From Xanthobacteraceae bacterium (GTDB lineage Bacteria; Pseudomonadota; Alphaproteobacteria; Rhizobiales; Xanthobacteraceae): a stretch of DNA of 41,902 nt. The notes beneath the pieces are model-generated. The model searched no databases and was not told where the DNA came from. It worked only from the letters and a program-made list of their open reading frames with translations. The DNA is taken from the NCBI GenBank assembly GCA_035317145.1, contig DATHHM010000312.1, positions 1-41,902 of the forward strand, given 5' to 3'. Made by a program: the position numbers and the translations under genes. This document shows, in pieces, positions 1 to 9,193 of the stretch; the first letter of the stretch is position 1; every line of letters begins with the position of its first letter.

Positions 1-676
1 CCATGCCGCCGGCCTGCCGCAACACGTCGCGGCGCACCAGCATGCAGCCGCCGGCCGCGCCCGCCGTCGCGCGACGCGGATCGTTGACCCAGGCGAACGG
101 GTAGAGCAACTGAAAGAAGAAAATAAAGGCTGGGATGAACAGCCGCTCGGCAAAACTCTCGCAGCGCAGTTTTACCATCAGCGAGGTGAGAACGAGACCG
201 CCCTCTTGCGCGCGGGCAACGACGCCAGTGAGCACGTCCGGCTCATAGACAATGTCGGCATCGGTGAAGAGCACGTAGTCTGGCTTAAGCGCCATGGTCT
301 CTGCAAGCTCGACACCTTGCTGCTGCGCCCATAGTTTCCCGGTCCATCCCGCCGGCAGCGCGCGCCCGGGCACGATGGTGAGACGATCGGAAGCGCCGAG
401 CGCGGCCGCGGCGTCGCGCGCGACAAGGGCTGTGCCGTCGCGGCTCTGGTCGTCGACCAGGATCACGTGGAGCAAGCCGGGATAATTCTGCCGGATGAGC
501 GAGGCGATGGTTTCGCCGACGCATTCGGCCTCGTCCCGCGCCGGAATAACGGCGGCAATGGCGGGCCAAGAACCGTCCGCGGCTCCGCTCCACACCGGGC
601 CGTCGTCATCGCGTTGCGCCGCCAGCCAGAATCCGCCCCGCGCCGCGAGCAGATACAGCCAGATCGCCAGCACCAT
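1..676 (-). CDS. Glycosyltransferase family 2, HpnB-like (hopanoid-associated); partial, 3' end runs off the window; absent from the supplied ORF track
   Basis: Manual minus-strand translation from ATG at 676 (alternative GTG at 700) is open to position 1: MVLAIWLYLLAARGGFWLAAQRDDDGPVW..AIAAVIPARDEAECVGETIASLIRQNYPGLLHVILVDDQSRDGT..FTDADIVYEPDVL..AGGCMLVRRDVLRQAGG. N-terminal TM helix plus GT2 motifs. Divergent from ispA. Confidence 0.6.
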   Translation of the reverse strand, partial: MVLAIWLYLLAARGGFWLAAQRDDDGPVWSGAADGSWPAIAAVIPARDEAECVGETIASLIRQNYPGLLHVILVDDQSRDGTALVARDAAAALGASDRLTIVPGRALPAGWTGKLWAQQQGVELAETMALKPDYVLFTDADIVYEPDVLTGVVARAQEGGLVLTSLMVKLRCESFAERLFIPAFIFFFQLLYPFAWVNDPRRATAGAAGGCMLVRRDVLRQAGGM

Positions 677-795
677 TGACGCTATGAGGTCGTTGGCCAC
701 AGATAGCCCTTCCCGATCGGACCCCTCGTTATCCCGTAAATGTAGGACCAAATATAGGACCCGACAGGGTCGCGGAACCGCTGGTTAATGACGCA

Positions 796-1734
796 ATGAA
801 CGACAAAAACAGCCCCTTTCTCTCGCGCCTCGATGCGGTGGCCGCCGATATCGAGGTTTTGCTCGACCGGCTTCTGGCGGCAACGCCCGAACCGGGCGAA
901 TTGAGCCGGCCGGCGCGGCTGATCGAGGCCATGCGCTATACGAGCCTCAATGGCGGCAAGCGCTTCCGGCCGTTCCTGGTGGTGGAAAGCGCCGCCCTGT
1001 TCGAGGTGCCGCGGCAGAACGCCTTGATGACGGGCGCGGCGCTGGAATGCGTGCATTGCTACTCCCTGGTGCATGACGACCTGCCGGCCATGGACAACGA
1101 CGATTTACGGCGCGGCCAGCCGACGGCGCACAAGGCGTTCGACGAGGCGACCGCGATTTTGGCCGGCGACGGCTTGCTCACCTTCGCCTTCGATATTCTG
1201 TCGCGGCAGGAGACTCATGCCGACCCGCGCGTGCGCATCGAGCTGGTCATGGCGCTGGCGCGCGCGTCGGGTGTTGGCGGCATGGCCGGCGGCCAGATGC
1301 TCGATCTCGCCGCCGAGGGCCGCTTCGTGCAGAACCGTGCCGCGCTTGAGTTCAGCGAGAAAGACGTACGCACATTGCAGGCCATGAAGACCGGCGCGCT
1401 GCTGCGTTTCGCCTGCCAGGCCGGCGGCATTTTGGCCGCGGCGACGCCTGAGCAACGCGCGGCGCTGGAGCGTTACGGCTCGGCGGTCGGCCAGGCGTTC
1501 CAGATCGCCGACGATCTATTGGATATCGAAGGCGATCCGGCGCTGGTCGGCAAACAAACCGGCAAGGACGCCGCTGCCGGCAAAGCGACGCTGGTGAGCG
1601 TGCTCGGCGTGCCGGCGGCCAAGGCGCGATTAAAGGAGCTCGTCACCGAAGCCGAACAGGCGCTGGCACCGTTCGGGTCCTCGGCTGCCGTTCTCATCGA
1701 AGGAGCTAAATTCGTCGCCGACCGGCATGCGTGA
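796..1734 (+). CDS. ispA: Farnesyl/geranylgeranyl diphosphate synthase (polyprenyl synthetase family)
   Basis: 312-aa ORF with both Asp-rich motifs (LVHDDLPAMDNDDLRRG and FQIADDLLD). Confidence 0.9.
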   Translation: MNDKNSPFLSRLDAVAADIEVLLDRLLAATPEPGELSRPARLIEAMRYTSLNGGKRFRPFLVVESAALFEVPRQNALMTGAALECVHCYSLVHDDLPAMDNDDLRRGQPTAHKAFDEATAILAGDGLLTFAFDILSRQETHADPRVRIELVMALARASGVGGMAGGQMLDLAAEGRFVQNRAALEFSEKDVRTLQAMKTGALLRFACQAGGILAAATPEQRAALERYGSAVGQAFQIADDLLDIEGDPALVGKQTGKDAAAGKATLVSVLGVPAAKARLKELVTEAEQALAPFGSSAAVLIEGAKFVADRHA

Positions 1735-1959
1735 TCCAAAACCATGACAAATGCGTAACCGTGGATAGGTTTTGGGCGGCCATTGCGGCGCCCAGCAAGG
1801 CTTTCTAGGCTTATATGCGACATCACCCCAATTGATCTTGGCGAAGGACGGCCCTATCTGCTGACCGTCTTGGACCATCGTGTTTTGCGACCGGGACTGA
1901 ACGGGACCCGAACCTTCCGTTGATTTCGGGACACCCAATACGACATGGCGCAATAAGAC

Positions 1960-3249
1960 ATGGCGAATATGGCACGATGGTACGCTTATACGGCTGCTGC
2001 GCTCCTGGCGGCTCCGTTGCTTTGGCCGGCGACGTTCGCGGCTGCGCAAGATCGCTACGCACCTGCCCATAAAGCACCTGCCCATAAGCGCGCACCTGCC
2101 CAACCGCCGGAGGCTCAGCCGCAACCCCAGGCCAAGCAACTACCGCCGCGCATCCCGTTCACGGCCGCCGACGAGGTTGCCGCCGCAATTCCCGGCATGC
2201 CGGACGCGCGCTTCTGGGCGGATTCGGTGGCGGACTTCACCGCCGCCTTGCCGCCGCAGCCCGGACCGTGGCTGGCGCTGTCGAGCGGCGGCGCCGACGG
2301 CGCATTCGGCGCCGGCCTGCTCAACGGCTTGAGCGAATCCGGACATCGGCCTGATTACGCGGTGGTCACGGGCGTGAGCACCGGCGCGCTGATGGCGCCG
2401 TTCGTCTTTGCCGGGCCGCGCTATGACGACGCACTGCGCGCCGCCTATACCAAAATCTCGGCGGCCGACGTTTTCGAGGTCGGCGGCACCGGCGAGAGTT
2501 TCGTCGATTCCTGGCCGCTCAAGGATCTGATCGCCAAACAAATCACGCCGGCGCTGCTCGCCGATATCGCCGCCGCCCACAACAGCGGCCGGCGCTTGTT
2601 CATCGTCACCACCGATCTCGACGCCGAGCGCTCCATGGTGTGGAACATGGGCGCCATCGCCGCCCATGCTGCCGACAAGAATGGCGGCGACGCCGCGCTC
2701 ACTCTGTTCCGCAATGTGTTGCTGGCTTCGAGCGCCATTCCGGGCGGCTTTCCGCCGGTGCTGATCGACGTCGAAGCCAACGGCAAGCCGTTCCAGGAAA
2801 TGCACGTCGACGGCGGCGTCGGCGGCCAGTTCTTTGTCGCGCCGGCCGCGGTGATGGCGGCGACCTCCGATTATCGCCTGCCGGCGACGCAGCTTTACGT
2901 CGTGATCAATACCGGGCTGCAGCCGGGCTTCCAGATCGTCCCGCGCTCGACGCCGTCGATCCTCACCGGCACGGTCGGCGCCGCGGTGAAGGTCGACACC
3001 CGGCTGATGATCGATCGCGCTTATCTCGCGGCGAAGCGCAGCGGCGTCGATTTCAACATCGCCAGCATTCCGGCGAGTTTTAACGCGCCGAGCCGCGGCC
3101 CGTTCGATCCCGATTACATGGGCGCGCTGTTCCAGCTCGGCGAGACCCAGGGCAAGAGCGCAACGCCGTTTGCCAATGAACCGCCGGCCTATCCAGGCCG
3201 ACCTACAGTACCACCGACCGACCCTGCGAAAACTGGAGCGAACCGATGA
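1960..3249 (+). CDS. Patatin-like phospholipase, secreted
   Basis: N-terminal signal-like segment, oxyanion GGADGAFGAG, nucleophile elbow GVSTG and a later DGG motif. Confidence 0.85.
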   Translation: MANMARWYAYTAAALLAAPLLWPATFAAAQDRYAPAHKAPAHKRAPAQPPEAQPQPQAKQLPPRIPFTAADEVAAAIPGMPDARFWADSVADFTAALPPQPGPWLALSSGGADGAFGAGLLNGLSESGHRPDYAVVTGVSTGALMAPFVFAGPRYDDALRAAYTKISAADVFEVGGTGESFVDSWPLKDLIAKQITPALLADIAAAHNSGRRLFIVTTDLDAERSMVWNMGAIAAHAADKNGGDAALTLFRNVLLASSAIPGGFPPVLIDVEANGKPFQEMHVDGGVGGQFFVAPAAVMAATSDYRLPATQLYVVINTGLQPGFQIVPRSTPSILTGTVGAAVKVDTRLMIDRAYLAAKRSGVDFNIASIPASFNAPSRGPFDPDYMGALFQLGETQGKSATPFANEPPAYPGRPTVPPTDPAKTGANR

Positions 3250-3620
3250 CCAAGGCTGGGGGCTTTTTCACCGCGATGGCGGCTGCGGCCGCGCTTGTTG
3301 CAGCTATCCCGTCCGCCGCGCCAGCGGCCAGTAGCAATGACGGCAATTGGAGTGTGACGATCATCACCCAAGCCGGCAATTGCCCGAGCACGCTGCGCTA
3401 CGGCGTGCGCGTGGTCGGCGGCCGCGTGTTCGCCGACGATCAAAGCTACCAGGTCGCCGGCACCGTGGCGGCGAACGGCGCCACCCGCGTGACGGTCTCC
3501 GAAAAAGGCCAATCCGCCAGCGGCACCGGCCGCTTGTCCGGCAACAGGGGGGCGGGACGCTGGCGCACCAGCACCGGCGAATGCTCCGGCCAGTGGACCG
3601 CGGAGCGCCGCACCTACTAA
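3246..3620 (+). CDS. Small secreted hypothetical protein, translationally coupled to the patatin gene
   Basis: ATGA start/stop overlap with the upstream CDS. Signal peptide MTKAGGFFTAMAAAAALVAAIPSAAPAAS. Two Cys. Confidence 0.6.
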   Translation: MTKAGGFFTAMAAAAALVAAIPSAAPAASSNDGNWSVTIITQAGNCPSTLRYGVRVVGGRVFADDQSYQVAGTVAANGATRVTVSEKGQSASGTGRLSGNRGAGRWRTSTGECSGQWTAERRTY

Positions 3621-3772
3621 AAGCCGCGACACTCTGACGGCGCACCCCTATCGGTTAAGGCGGCGAGGCGCGGCTTTCTGCGCATGGCAAGCCGCGGCCT
3701 TGGCTTGCTAGAGTACCGGCAAGCCGCGCCGGCACTCGGCTGTCGGCAATCGATATCAGGGCGGGTGACGTC

Positions 3773-4834
3773 ATGGCGCGGGCAAATATGATTTCGGCAA
3801 GGTCAATTGCCGCGGCAGCGGTGATCCTGGTCTCGACCGCGACGACGGCCACGCGTGCCGACGAAACCACCGTCCGTCTCGGCGTCGTGCGCTCGATCAC
3901 CTCGGGCGTGACCGCCTGGGCGAGCGCGCGCGGTTACTTCAAAGACGTCGGCATCAAGCTCGACTCATCCGATCTCGACACTTCGGCAAACTCGATCGCG
4001 CTGCTGTCGCAAAACCAGCTCGACGTCATCGAGGGCGGCATTGCCGCCGGCTATTTCAACGGCCTGGAGAAGGAACTGCCGATCACCATGGTGATGGACC
4101 GCGTCTCCACGCCCATCGGCCACAATCTGATGCTGCGGCCCGACCTGAAGGACCAGATCACCGATCCGAAACAGCTCAAGGGCAAGGTGATCGCGACCAA
4201 CGGCACCGGCTCGGTGTCGACCTACGAGATCGGCAAGTTGTTGGCGCTCGGCGGACTCTCCATCAACGACGTCGATCTCAAGGTGCTGCCGTTCACCCAA
4301 TACGCGCTCGCCTTCGCCAACAAGGCGATCGACGCCGCCGAAGTGATCCCGCCGTGGTCGTCCCAGTTCGTGCGCGACAACATCGCGGCGCCGTTCCTCG
4401 ACGTCGACGCGCTGGTGAAGCCGACGCCGATGACCATCGCCGTGGTCATGATCAACACCGATTGGGCGAAAAAGAATCCCGACCTGGTGCGCAACTATTT
4501 CGTCGCCTACCTGCGCGGCGTGCGCGACTATTGCCAAGCCTATCACGGCGGCTCGATCCGCGCCGACTTCATCGATCTCGTCGCCAAGTCCGGCATCGAA
4601 CGCCGCCCCGAAATCCTCAACGATCAAAAAGCCTGGCCGGCGCGCAGCCCGAACGGCAAGATCAACACCGCCAGCATGATGGACATGCAGGCCTGGTACA
4701 CCGCGAACAAAATGTCGAACGCGAACTTTTCGGCCGACCGCGTGGTCGATTCGTCCTATGCGGATTATGCGGTGAAGAAGCTTGGGCCGTTCGAACTGGA
4801 GAACAAGGCGAGCACGCTGCCGGGGTGTAGGTAG
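3773..4834 (+). CDS. Periplasmic solute-binding protein, NMT1/SsuA (NitT/TauT) type, orphan
   Basis: 353-aa ORF with a signal peptide and type-2 PBP-like sequence. No adjacent permease or ATPase gene. Confidence 0.7.
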   Translation: MARANMISARSIAAAAVILVSTATTATRADETTVRLGVVRSITSGVTAWASARGYFKDVGIKLDSSDLDTSANSIALLSQNQLDVIEGGIAAGYFNGLEKELPITMVMDRVSTPIGHNLMLRPDLKDQITDPKQLKGKVIATNGTGSVSTYEIGKLLALGGLSINDVDLKVLPFTQYALAFANKAIDAAEVIPPWSSQFVRDNIAAPFLDVDALVKPTPMTIAVVMINTDWAKKNPDLVRNYFVAYLRGVRDYCQAYHGGSIRADFIDLVAKSGIERRPEILNDQKAWPARSPNGKINTASMMDMQAWYTANKMSNANFSADRVVDSSYADYAVKKLGPFELENKASTLPGCR

Positions 4835-4866
4835 CAGCTTTGCGACAACGATGATTGGGGGAGCAA

Positions 4867-5586
4867 ATGACTATAATGAGGAACGCGTTTCCTGCGGCAC
4901 TTGCGGTGATGTCGATCAGCCGAGCGGTGATTGCGGCCATCGGGGCGATGGTGGCGGCGTCGATTTCGCCGATGACCGCGGCGGCGCAAACGCCGGCTGG
5001 GGCTGCGGAGCTGTACGTGTTTCGGCCGGTCGGCTTGGTTGGCGCGGGAGGCACATATAATATCGTCGTCGATGGACGCCCATTTGGGAAGCTCGGAAAC
5101 GGACAGTACTTTCGGGATTCCGTGCCCGTCGGGCCGCATGTCATTACAGTCGCGGATTTCACTTCGAGTGCCAGTCGTTTTAACGCCGAGCCGGGCAGAA
5201 CCTATGCTTTCGTGGTGTCGTTCCAGCCGCTCAAGATGCTCTCGCCTTACAGCGTCGAGGCAATCTCGGGTGACGACGTCAAAAAGTACGCGCAGCAATT
5301 GACGCTCAATGCGCAACACGAAAGCGTCCTCCCCGCGAACTTGACGGCGAGGATACCCGATGACGCGAAGAATTGTGCGCAATTACGCGTAGCCATTGCC
5401 GATACCAAGCGCGCCGAGCAGGATGTTCAGGCCAACCGAGCCTCGGGCGCGATCATCGCGCTGAACCTGTTGGTGTCTCCCGGGGCGGCCGCTGTGGAAA
5501 TGACCGCTGAAGATGCCTTCAAAGCCATCAAGGAGCGGGAGGACAAGCTGGACGCCATATCCCGCAAGAAGAATTGCGGCGGATAG
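4867..5586 (+). CDS. Secreted hypothetical protein, DUF2846-like N-terminal domain
   Basis: ATG at 4867 preceded by GGGGGAG. Hydrophobic signal. YVFRP..YNIVVDGRPFGKLGNGQYFRDSVPVGPHVITV resembles DUF2846. Confidence 0.5.
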   Translation: MTIMRNAFPAALAVMSISRAVIAAIGAMVAASISPMTAAAQTPAGAAELYVFRPVGLVGAGGTYNIVVDGRPFGKLGNGQYFRDSVPVGPHVITVADFTSSASRFNAEPGRTYAFVVSFQPLKMLSPYSVEAISGDDVKKYAQQLTLNAQHESVLPANLTARIPDDAKNCAQLRVAIADTKRAEQDVQANRASGAIIALNLLVSPGAAAVEMTAEDAFKAIKEREDKLDAISRKKNCGG

Positions 5587-5698
5587 GGCGTCGCACCGCA
5601 ACTGGTTCCACACGCGGATGAATGAAGATTTCGCTATGCAAATATTTGAAGCGCCGCGTAGGCTTGAGTCGATCACCACCAAGCGAGCGGAGGCAAAG

Positions 5699-5962
5699 AT
5701 GCCATCGCGTCCCGTCAAGCTCTTGATATGCACGCTCAGCCTCGCCGCCATGGCGGCATCGAGCGCGGCAGCGGCACAAAAAGTGAGGAAGCCGGCCGCG
5801 CCGCAGGCCACGGCCGGCAGTCCAGTGCCGTGCCGCGGCGCCAACTTGTTTCACTGCGGCCCGGTCTACAATGGGAATGATTATCTCGGCAGCGATCCCG
5901 ATCCGTTCATCCGCCTGATGATCCAGCGCGACCTCGGGGCGAGATACGGCGGCGGCCCGTAG
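5699..5962 (+). CDS. Small secreted hypothetical protein (87 aa)
   Basis: Internal ATG of track ORF 5513..5962, preceded by GGAGG. Signal peptide MPSRPVKLLICTLSLAAMAASSAAAAQ. The longer ORF would overlap the previous gene. Confidence 0.45.
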   Translation: MPSRPVKLLICTLSLAAMAASSAAAAQKVRKPAAPQATAGSPVPCRGANLFHCGPVYNGNDYLGSDPDPFIRLMIQRDLGARYGGGP

Positions 5963-5964
5963 GC

Positions 5965-6975
5965 CTAGCCGGTCTTCCTCGCCGCAACGTTGGCATTCCA
6001 CCACGGGCAGACGTCGGCGGCGCGCAAATAATTGCCGTCCATCACATTGACCGGCTCGCGGCCGCCGGATTCGGCGACGCTGACGCGCAGATTGCGCGCT
6101 TCTTCGCGGCCTTCCGGCGGCAGCCACATGCGGTCGTGGCCCCATAGGCTCGGGCCTTCGGTGCGCTCGTGCGGCGTCCAGTTGCCGGTATCGATGGTGC
6201 GGCCGCCCCAGCCGTATTCGACCAGAAATTTCGACGGCGACCACGAATAAAACGAGGTGACGTGGTCGTTGACGTGACGGCCGAGCGTGGTACCGATCAA
6301 TTCCGGCTTGCGCAGCAACAGATCGTAGGCCTGGCCGACGTCGTCGAGATAGCAGACCTCGAACATCAAATGATGGATGCCGTTCTTGCCGGTGTCGATG
6401 AAGGCGAGGCTGTGGTGGCGCGGATTGATGTGGAAGAAATACGCCTTGAAGGGCTTTAGAATGTAATCGGTCGGCTTGAAGTTGAGGATCTCGGTATAGA
6501 ACGGCAACACCTCGTCGAGCCGCTCCGCCGTGAGCACGGCATGGCCCATGCCGAGCGGGCCGGTGCGGTAGCCGGAGATCGAGCGGCCGGGCTTGAACGG
6601 ATCGGTCGCGGTCTCGGCGCCATGAAACGCTTCGAGCCGGTTGCCGATCGGGTCGGAAAAAACAATCAGGTCTCTGACCCTGCGCTCATCTGCCAGCGCC
6701 CGCGAGCCACGCGCGACCATCACGCGGTTCTTTTCCAGATGCGCCGCGAGCGCATCGAGCGCCGCCGCGTCGGCAACTTCCCAGCCGTAGAACGACGGGC
6801 CTTCGTCTTCGTCGGTGTGGATGATGACGCGCTGCTTGCGGTCGTCCATGCGCAGCGCCAGCGTGCCGCGGCTCTTGTCGACCAGCTGCATGCCGAGAAG
6901 GTTGGTGCCGTAAGCCGCCCAATCCTCGAGGTTCTTGGTGCGGATACCGACGTAACCCAGGGCGTTGAGGTGCAT
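5965..6975 (-). CDS. Type I extradiol ring-cleavage dioxygenase (VOC/glyoxalase fold, BphC-like)
   Basis: 336 aa with two VOC modules. GMGHAVL, HHLMFEV and GRHVNDH..E pattern typical of 2,3-dihydroxybiphenyl/catechol 2,3-dioxygenases. Confidence 0.8.
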   Translation of the reverse strand: MHLNALGYVGIRTKNLEDWAAYGTNLLGMQLVDKSRGTLALRMDDRKQRVIIHTDEDEGPSFYGWEVADAAALDALAAHLEKNRVMVARGSRALADERRVRDLIVFSDPIGNRLEAFHGAETATDPFKPGRSISGYRTGPLGMGHAVLTAERLDEVLPFYTEILNFKPTDYILKPFKAYFFHINPRHHSLAFIDTGKNGIHHLMFEVCYLDDVGQAYDLLLRKPELIGTTLGRHVNDHVTSFYSWSPSKFLVEYGWGGRTIDTGNWTPHERTEGPSLWGHDRMWLPPEGREEARNLRVSVAESGGREPVNVMDGNYLRAADVCPWWNANVAARKTG

Positions 6976-7148
6976 CGCGGCGTCTCCTGACCAGAAGGCT
7001 AAACCCTATCACATTGGAGCTAATGGGTAAATTGATGGGATCAAGGCGTCTGCCCTCTTGCCGTGGGAAGCGGACGGATCGCACGCGCCAATTGAGTCGG
7101 CTTCGGCTTCGTATATTGTTTGTGCCGGGAATCGGCTGGGAGGGCGAA

Positions 7149-7568
7149 ATGACCTTGCATAGGGGTTGGCTGTGTGCGGCGATGGCAGCCGCAGCCTTGA
7201 CGATAGCGGACGTGAACGCTGCACGTGCGCTCACCTTTTGCGATATTTACCCAGAGCGCTGTCGGTATTCCCCTTCGGGGAGGGGTTATTACTATCCTCA
7301 AGGTCGGCCCATGCCGCAGGGACTGGAGCCGGCGTTCATCGAAAGAAACGGTACAGGCAATGCCGCACGCGGCTCGTGGGGCTGCGGTGCGACGGATGGA
7401 AAAGCGAGGGGTCGATCATGGGGCTTTCCGAACAAGGCCTCCGCCACGTATGGCGCCCTTTCAGGATGTGCAAAGTACAGTACGCACTGCCGCATCATCA
7501 GCTGCAGCCCTTCCATCCACAGTTCCTACGAGGCGAACGCTATCTTTTTTAGCAGCGCGCATCGCTAA
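7149..7568 (+). CDS. Secreted Cys-rich protein, DUF4189-like, paralog 1
   Basis: ATG at 7149 after GGGAGGG. Signal peptide, six Cys, core WGCGATDGKARGRSWGFPNKASATYGALSGCAKYSTHCRIISC. Confidence 0.7.
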   Translation: MTLHRGWLCAAMAAAALTIADVNAARALTFCDIYPERCRYSPSGRGYYYPQGRPMPQGLEPAFIERNGTGNAARGSWGCGATDGKARGRSWGFPNKASATYGALSGCAKYSTHCRIISCSPSIHSSYEANAIFFSSAHR

Positions 7569-7642
7569 CGGACGCGACGGCTAACGCACCGCGAGTGCAG
7601 CTTCGTGCAGTCTTTGCACCCAAAATCGACAGGGAGGAGAAA

Positions 7643-8047
7643 ATGACGTCGCGCATGAATTTGGCCTACGTGGCGATGGCCGCATTAGTCATGACGATAT
7701 CGGGCATTCCGGCTGCGCGGGCGCTCTCGTTTTGCGATATTTATCCAAATCGCTGTCAATATACCCCATCGGGCAAGGGCTATTACTATCCGCACGGCTA
7801 CCGCTTGCCGAGTGAAACGCCCGGTTTTGGCGCGGGCAATGCAAGCAACCAGGCCTGGGGCTGCGCCGCGACGGACGGGAAAGCGACCGGTGGGTCATGG
7901 AGTTTTCCGAACCGAGCCTCCGCCACGTACGGCGCCCTTTCCGCATGTGCAAAGCACGGTGGGAACTGCCGCATTGTCAGCTGCAGTTCCTCTGTCCACA
8001 ACGCCTACGAAGCGCGCGCAATTTTGTTTAGTACCGCGCATCGATGA
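7643..8047 (+). CDS. Secreted Cys-rich protein, DUF4189-like, paralog 2
   Basis: ATG at 7643 after AGGGAGGAG. Core WGCAATDGKATGGSWSFPNRASATYGALSACAKHGGNCRIVSC. Collinear with paralog 1. Confidence 0.7.
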   Translation: MTSRMNLAYVAMAALVMTISGIPAARALSFCDIYPNRCQYTPSGKGYYYPHGYRLPSETPGFGAGNASNQAWGCAATDGKATGGSWSFPNRASATYGALSACAKHGGNCRIVSCSSSVHNAYEARAILFSTAHR

Positions 8048-8184
8048 CGGACGCTCCGCCTGAGGGCGGCAAGGCGCGAAACGCCGCCGTCACGGCGTCC
8101 GACCCTTGATGGTTCCGTCCGTGACACCGCAGCGCCGCCGGCGCTGGCCGCTTGCGTCGTGCCATACACCGGCATGTGACGCTT

Positions 8185-9099
8185 TCAACGTGGCATCTCG
8201 CCCCTTGCGGGAAGCGGCGGCTCGGGCGCCGGTGGCGCAAGCAATTTGGGCAACACCTTGTCGAGGCTCTCGCCGAGCAAGGCGCGCGTCGGATCGCGCA
8301 GGCCCGTTATCGCATCCGGCGCCGGCGGCCAGGGAAAATCCTTGAGCTCGCGACCCGGCCCGTGGATCGGGAACGGGTGCACAAGGCTGTTCACCACACG
8401 ATCGACGCCTGTCTCCTCCGGGTGCAGCGAGCCGGTGCCGTTCTGGAAGGCATCGAATGTGTCGCCATTGAAAATCGAAATACCTGTGAGCGCGAACAGA
8501 TGGGTGAAGCCGCTGCGGTCGAAAATGCTGGAGCGATGGGCGACACCGATGCCTTCGAGCAATTGATTGGTGTCGCCGTACGCGTCCCTGCCCTTGACAA
8601 CAAGCACGTAGCGTTCGCATCCGCTCGTACCCGCAACGGTTTGCACGATGGCCTTGATGTTGGGGAAGCGGAGAAAGACATGATGGTCGTACGTTTCGAA
8701 CGCACTCGCCGGATAGGTTATCCGGCGCACTGCCAAGCCCGGGCCTGCGGCGGCGCGCACGCGGGCGACAATGAGATCGTCGAGCCCCCAGGACTCGATG
8801 GGGACGTCCTTGAGGTCGTTGCCGAACAGCGTCAGTCCGATGCTCGTGAGCGCGAAGTTCTCGCCGATATGGGGAATGACGCCGATGCCACAGGGGCCGC
8901 GCTCGGCGGCGGCGTCCGGTTTCGGCGGCTCCGGTTTCTTCGCAGCGGGCTTAGGCGACGAAGGCTTGGCCGGTGAAGGCTTGGTCGGCGAAGGGTTGGG
9001 TGCGGCAGTTGGCACTGTCTGCGCCAGAGCCGGTTGCGCCAGCGCCAGCGCAAACCACAAGGCTATATTGTGGATCACGTTTCGCTCCGCTGTAAGCAT
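8185..9099 (-). CDS. Secreted hypothetical protein with Pro/Lys-rich linker
   Basis: Internal ATG at 9099 of track ORF 8185..9273 (alternative GTG at 9078). Signal NIALWFALALAQPALAQ, then PNPSPTKPSPAKPSSPKPAAKKPEPPKP linker and a globular domain of about 230 aa. Confidence 0.55.
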   Translation of the reverse strand: MLTAERNVIHNIALWFALALAQPALAQTVPTAAPNPSPTKPSPAKPSSPKPAAKKPEPPKPDAAAERGPCGIGVIPHIGENFALTSIGLTLFGNDLKDVPIESWGLDDLIVARVRAAAGPGLAVRRITYPASAFETYDHHVFLRFPNIKAIVQTVAGTSGCERYVLVVKGRDAYGDTNQLLEGIGVAHRSSIFDRSGFTHLFALTGISIFNGDTFDAFQNGTGSLHPEETGVDRVVNSLVHPFPIHGPGRELKDFPWPPAPDAITGLRDPTRALLGESLDKVLPKLLAPPAPEPPLPARGEMPR

Positions 9100-9193
9100 C
9101 GGATTCGACCTGCAAAATTGCAACCGCGAATCGGTGCTGGTCAATAGGGCGTGGGCGCCGAATGAAAATACCAGCGTGCGGGGCTGCGCGCTT

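Noticed and set aside
5513-5698. N-terminal extension of ORF 5513..5962
   Set aside because: The extension overlaps the end of the preceding CDS (4867-5586) and lacks an RBS. The internal ATG 5699 has GGAGG upstream and yields a proper signal peptide.
8048-8101. Nested GC hairpins (cggacgc...gcgtccg enclosing ccgcc-tgag-ggcgg) between convergent genes as a terminator
   Set aside because: There is no U-tract on either strand. Such GC stems are common by chance in this composition, so it was left uncalled.
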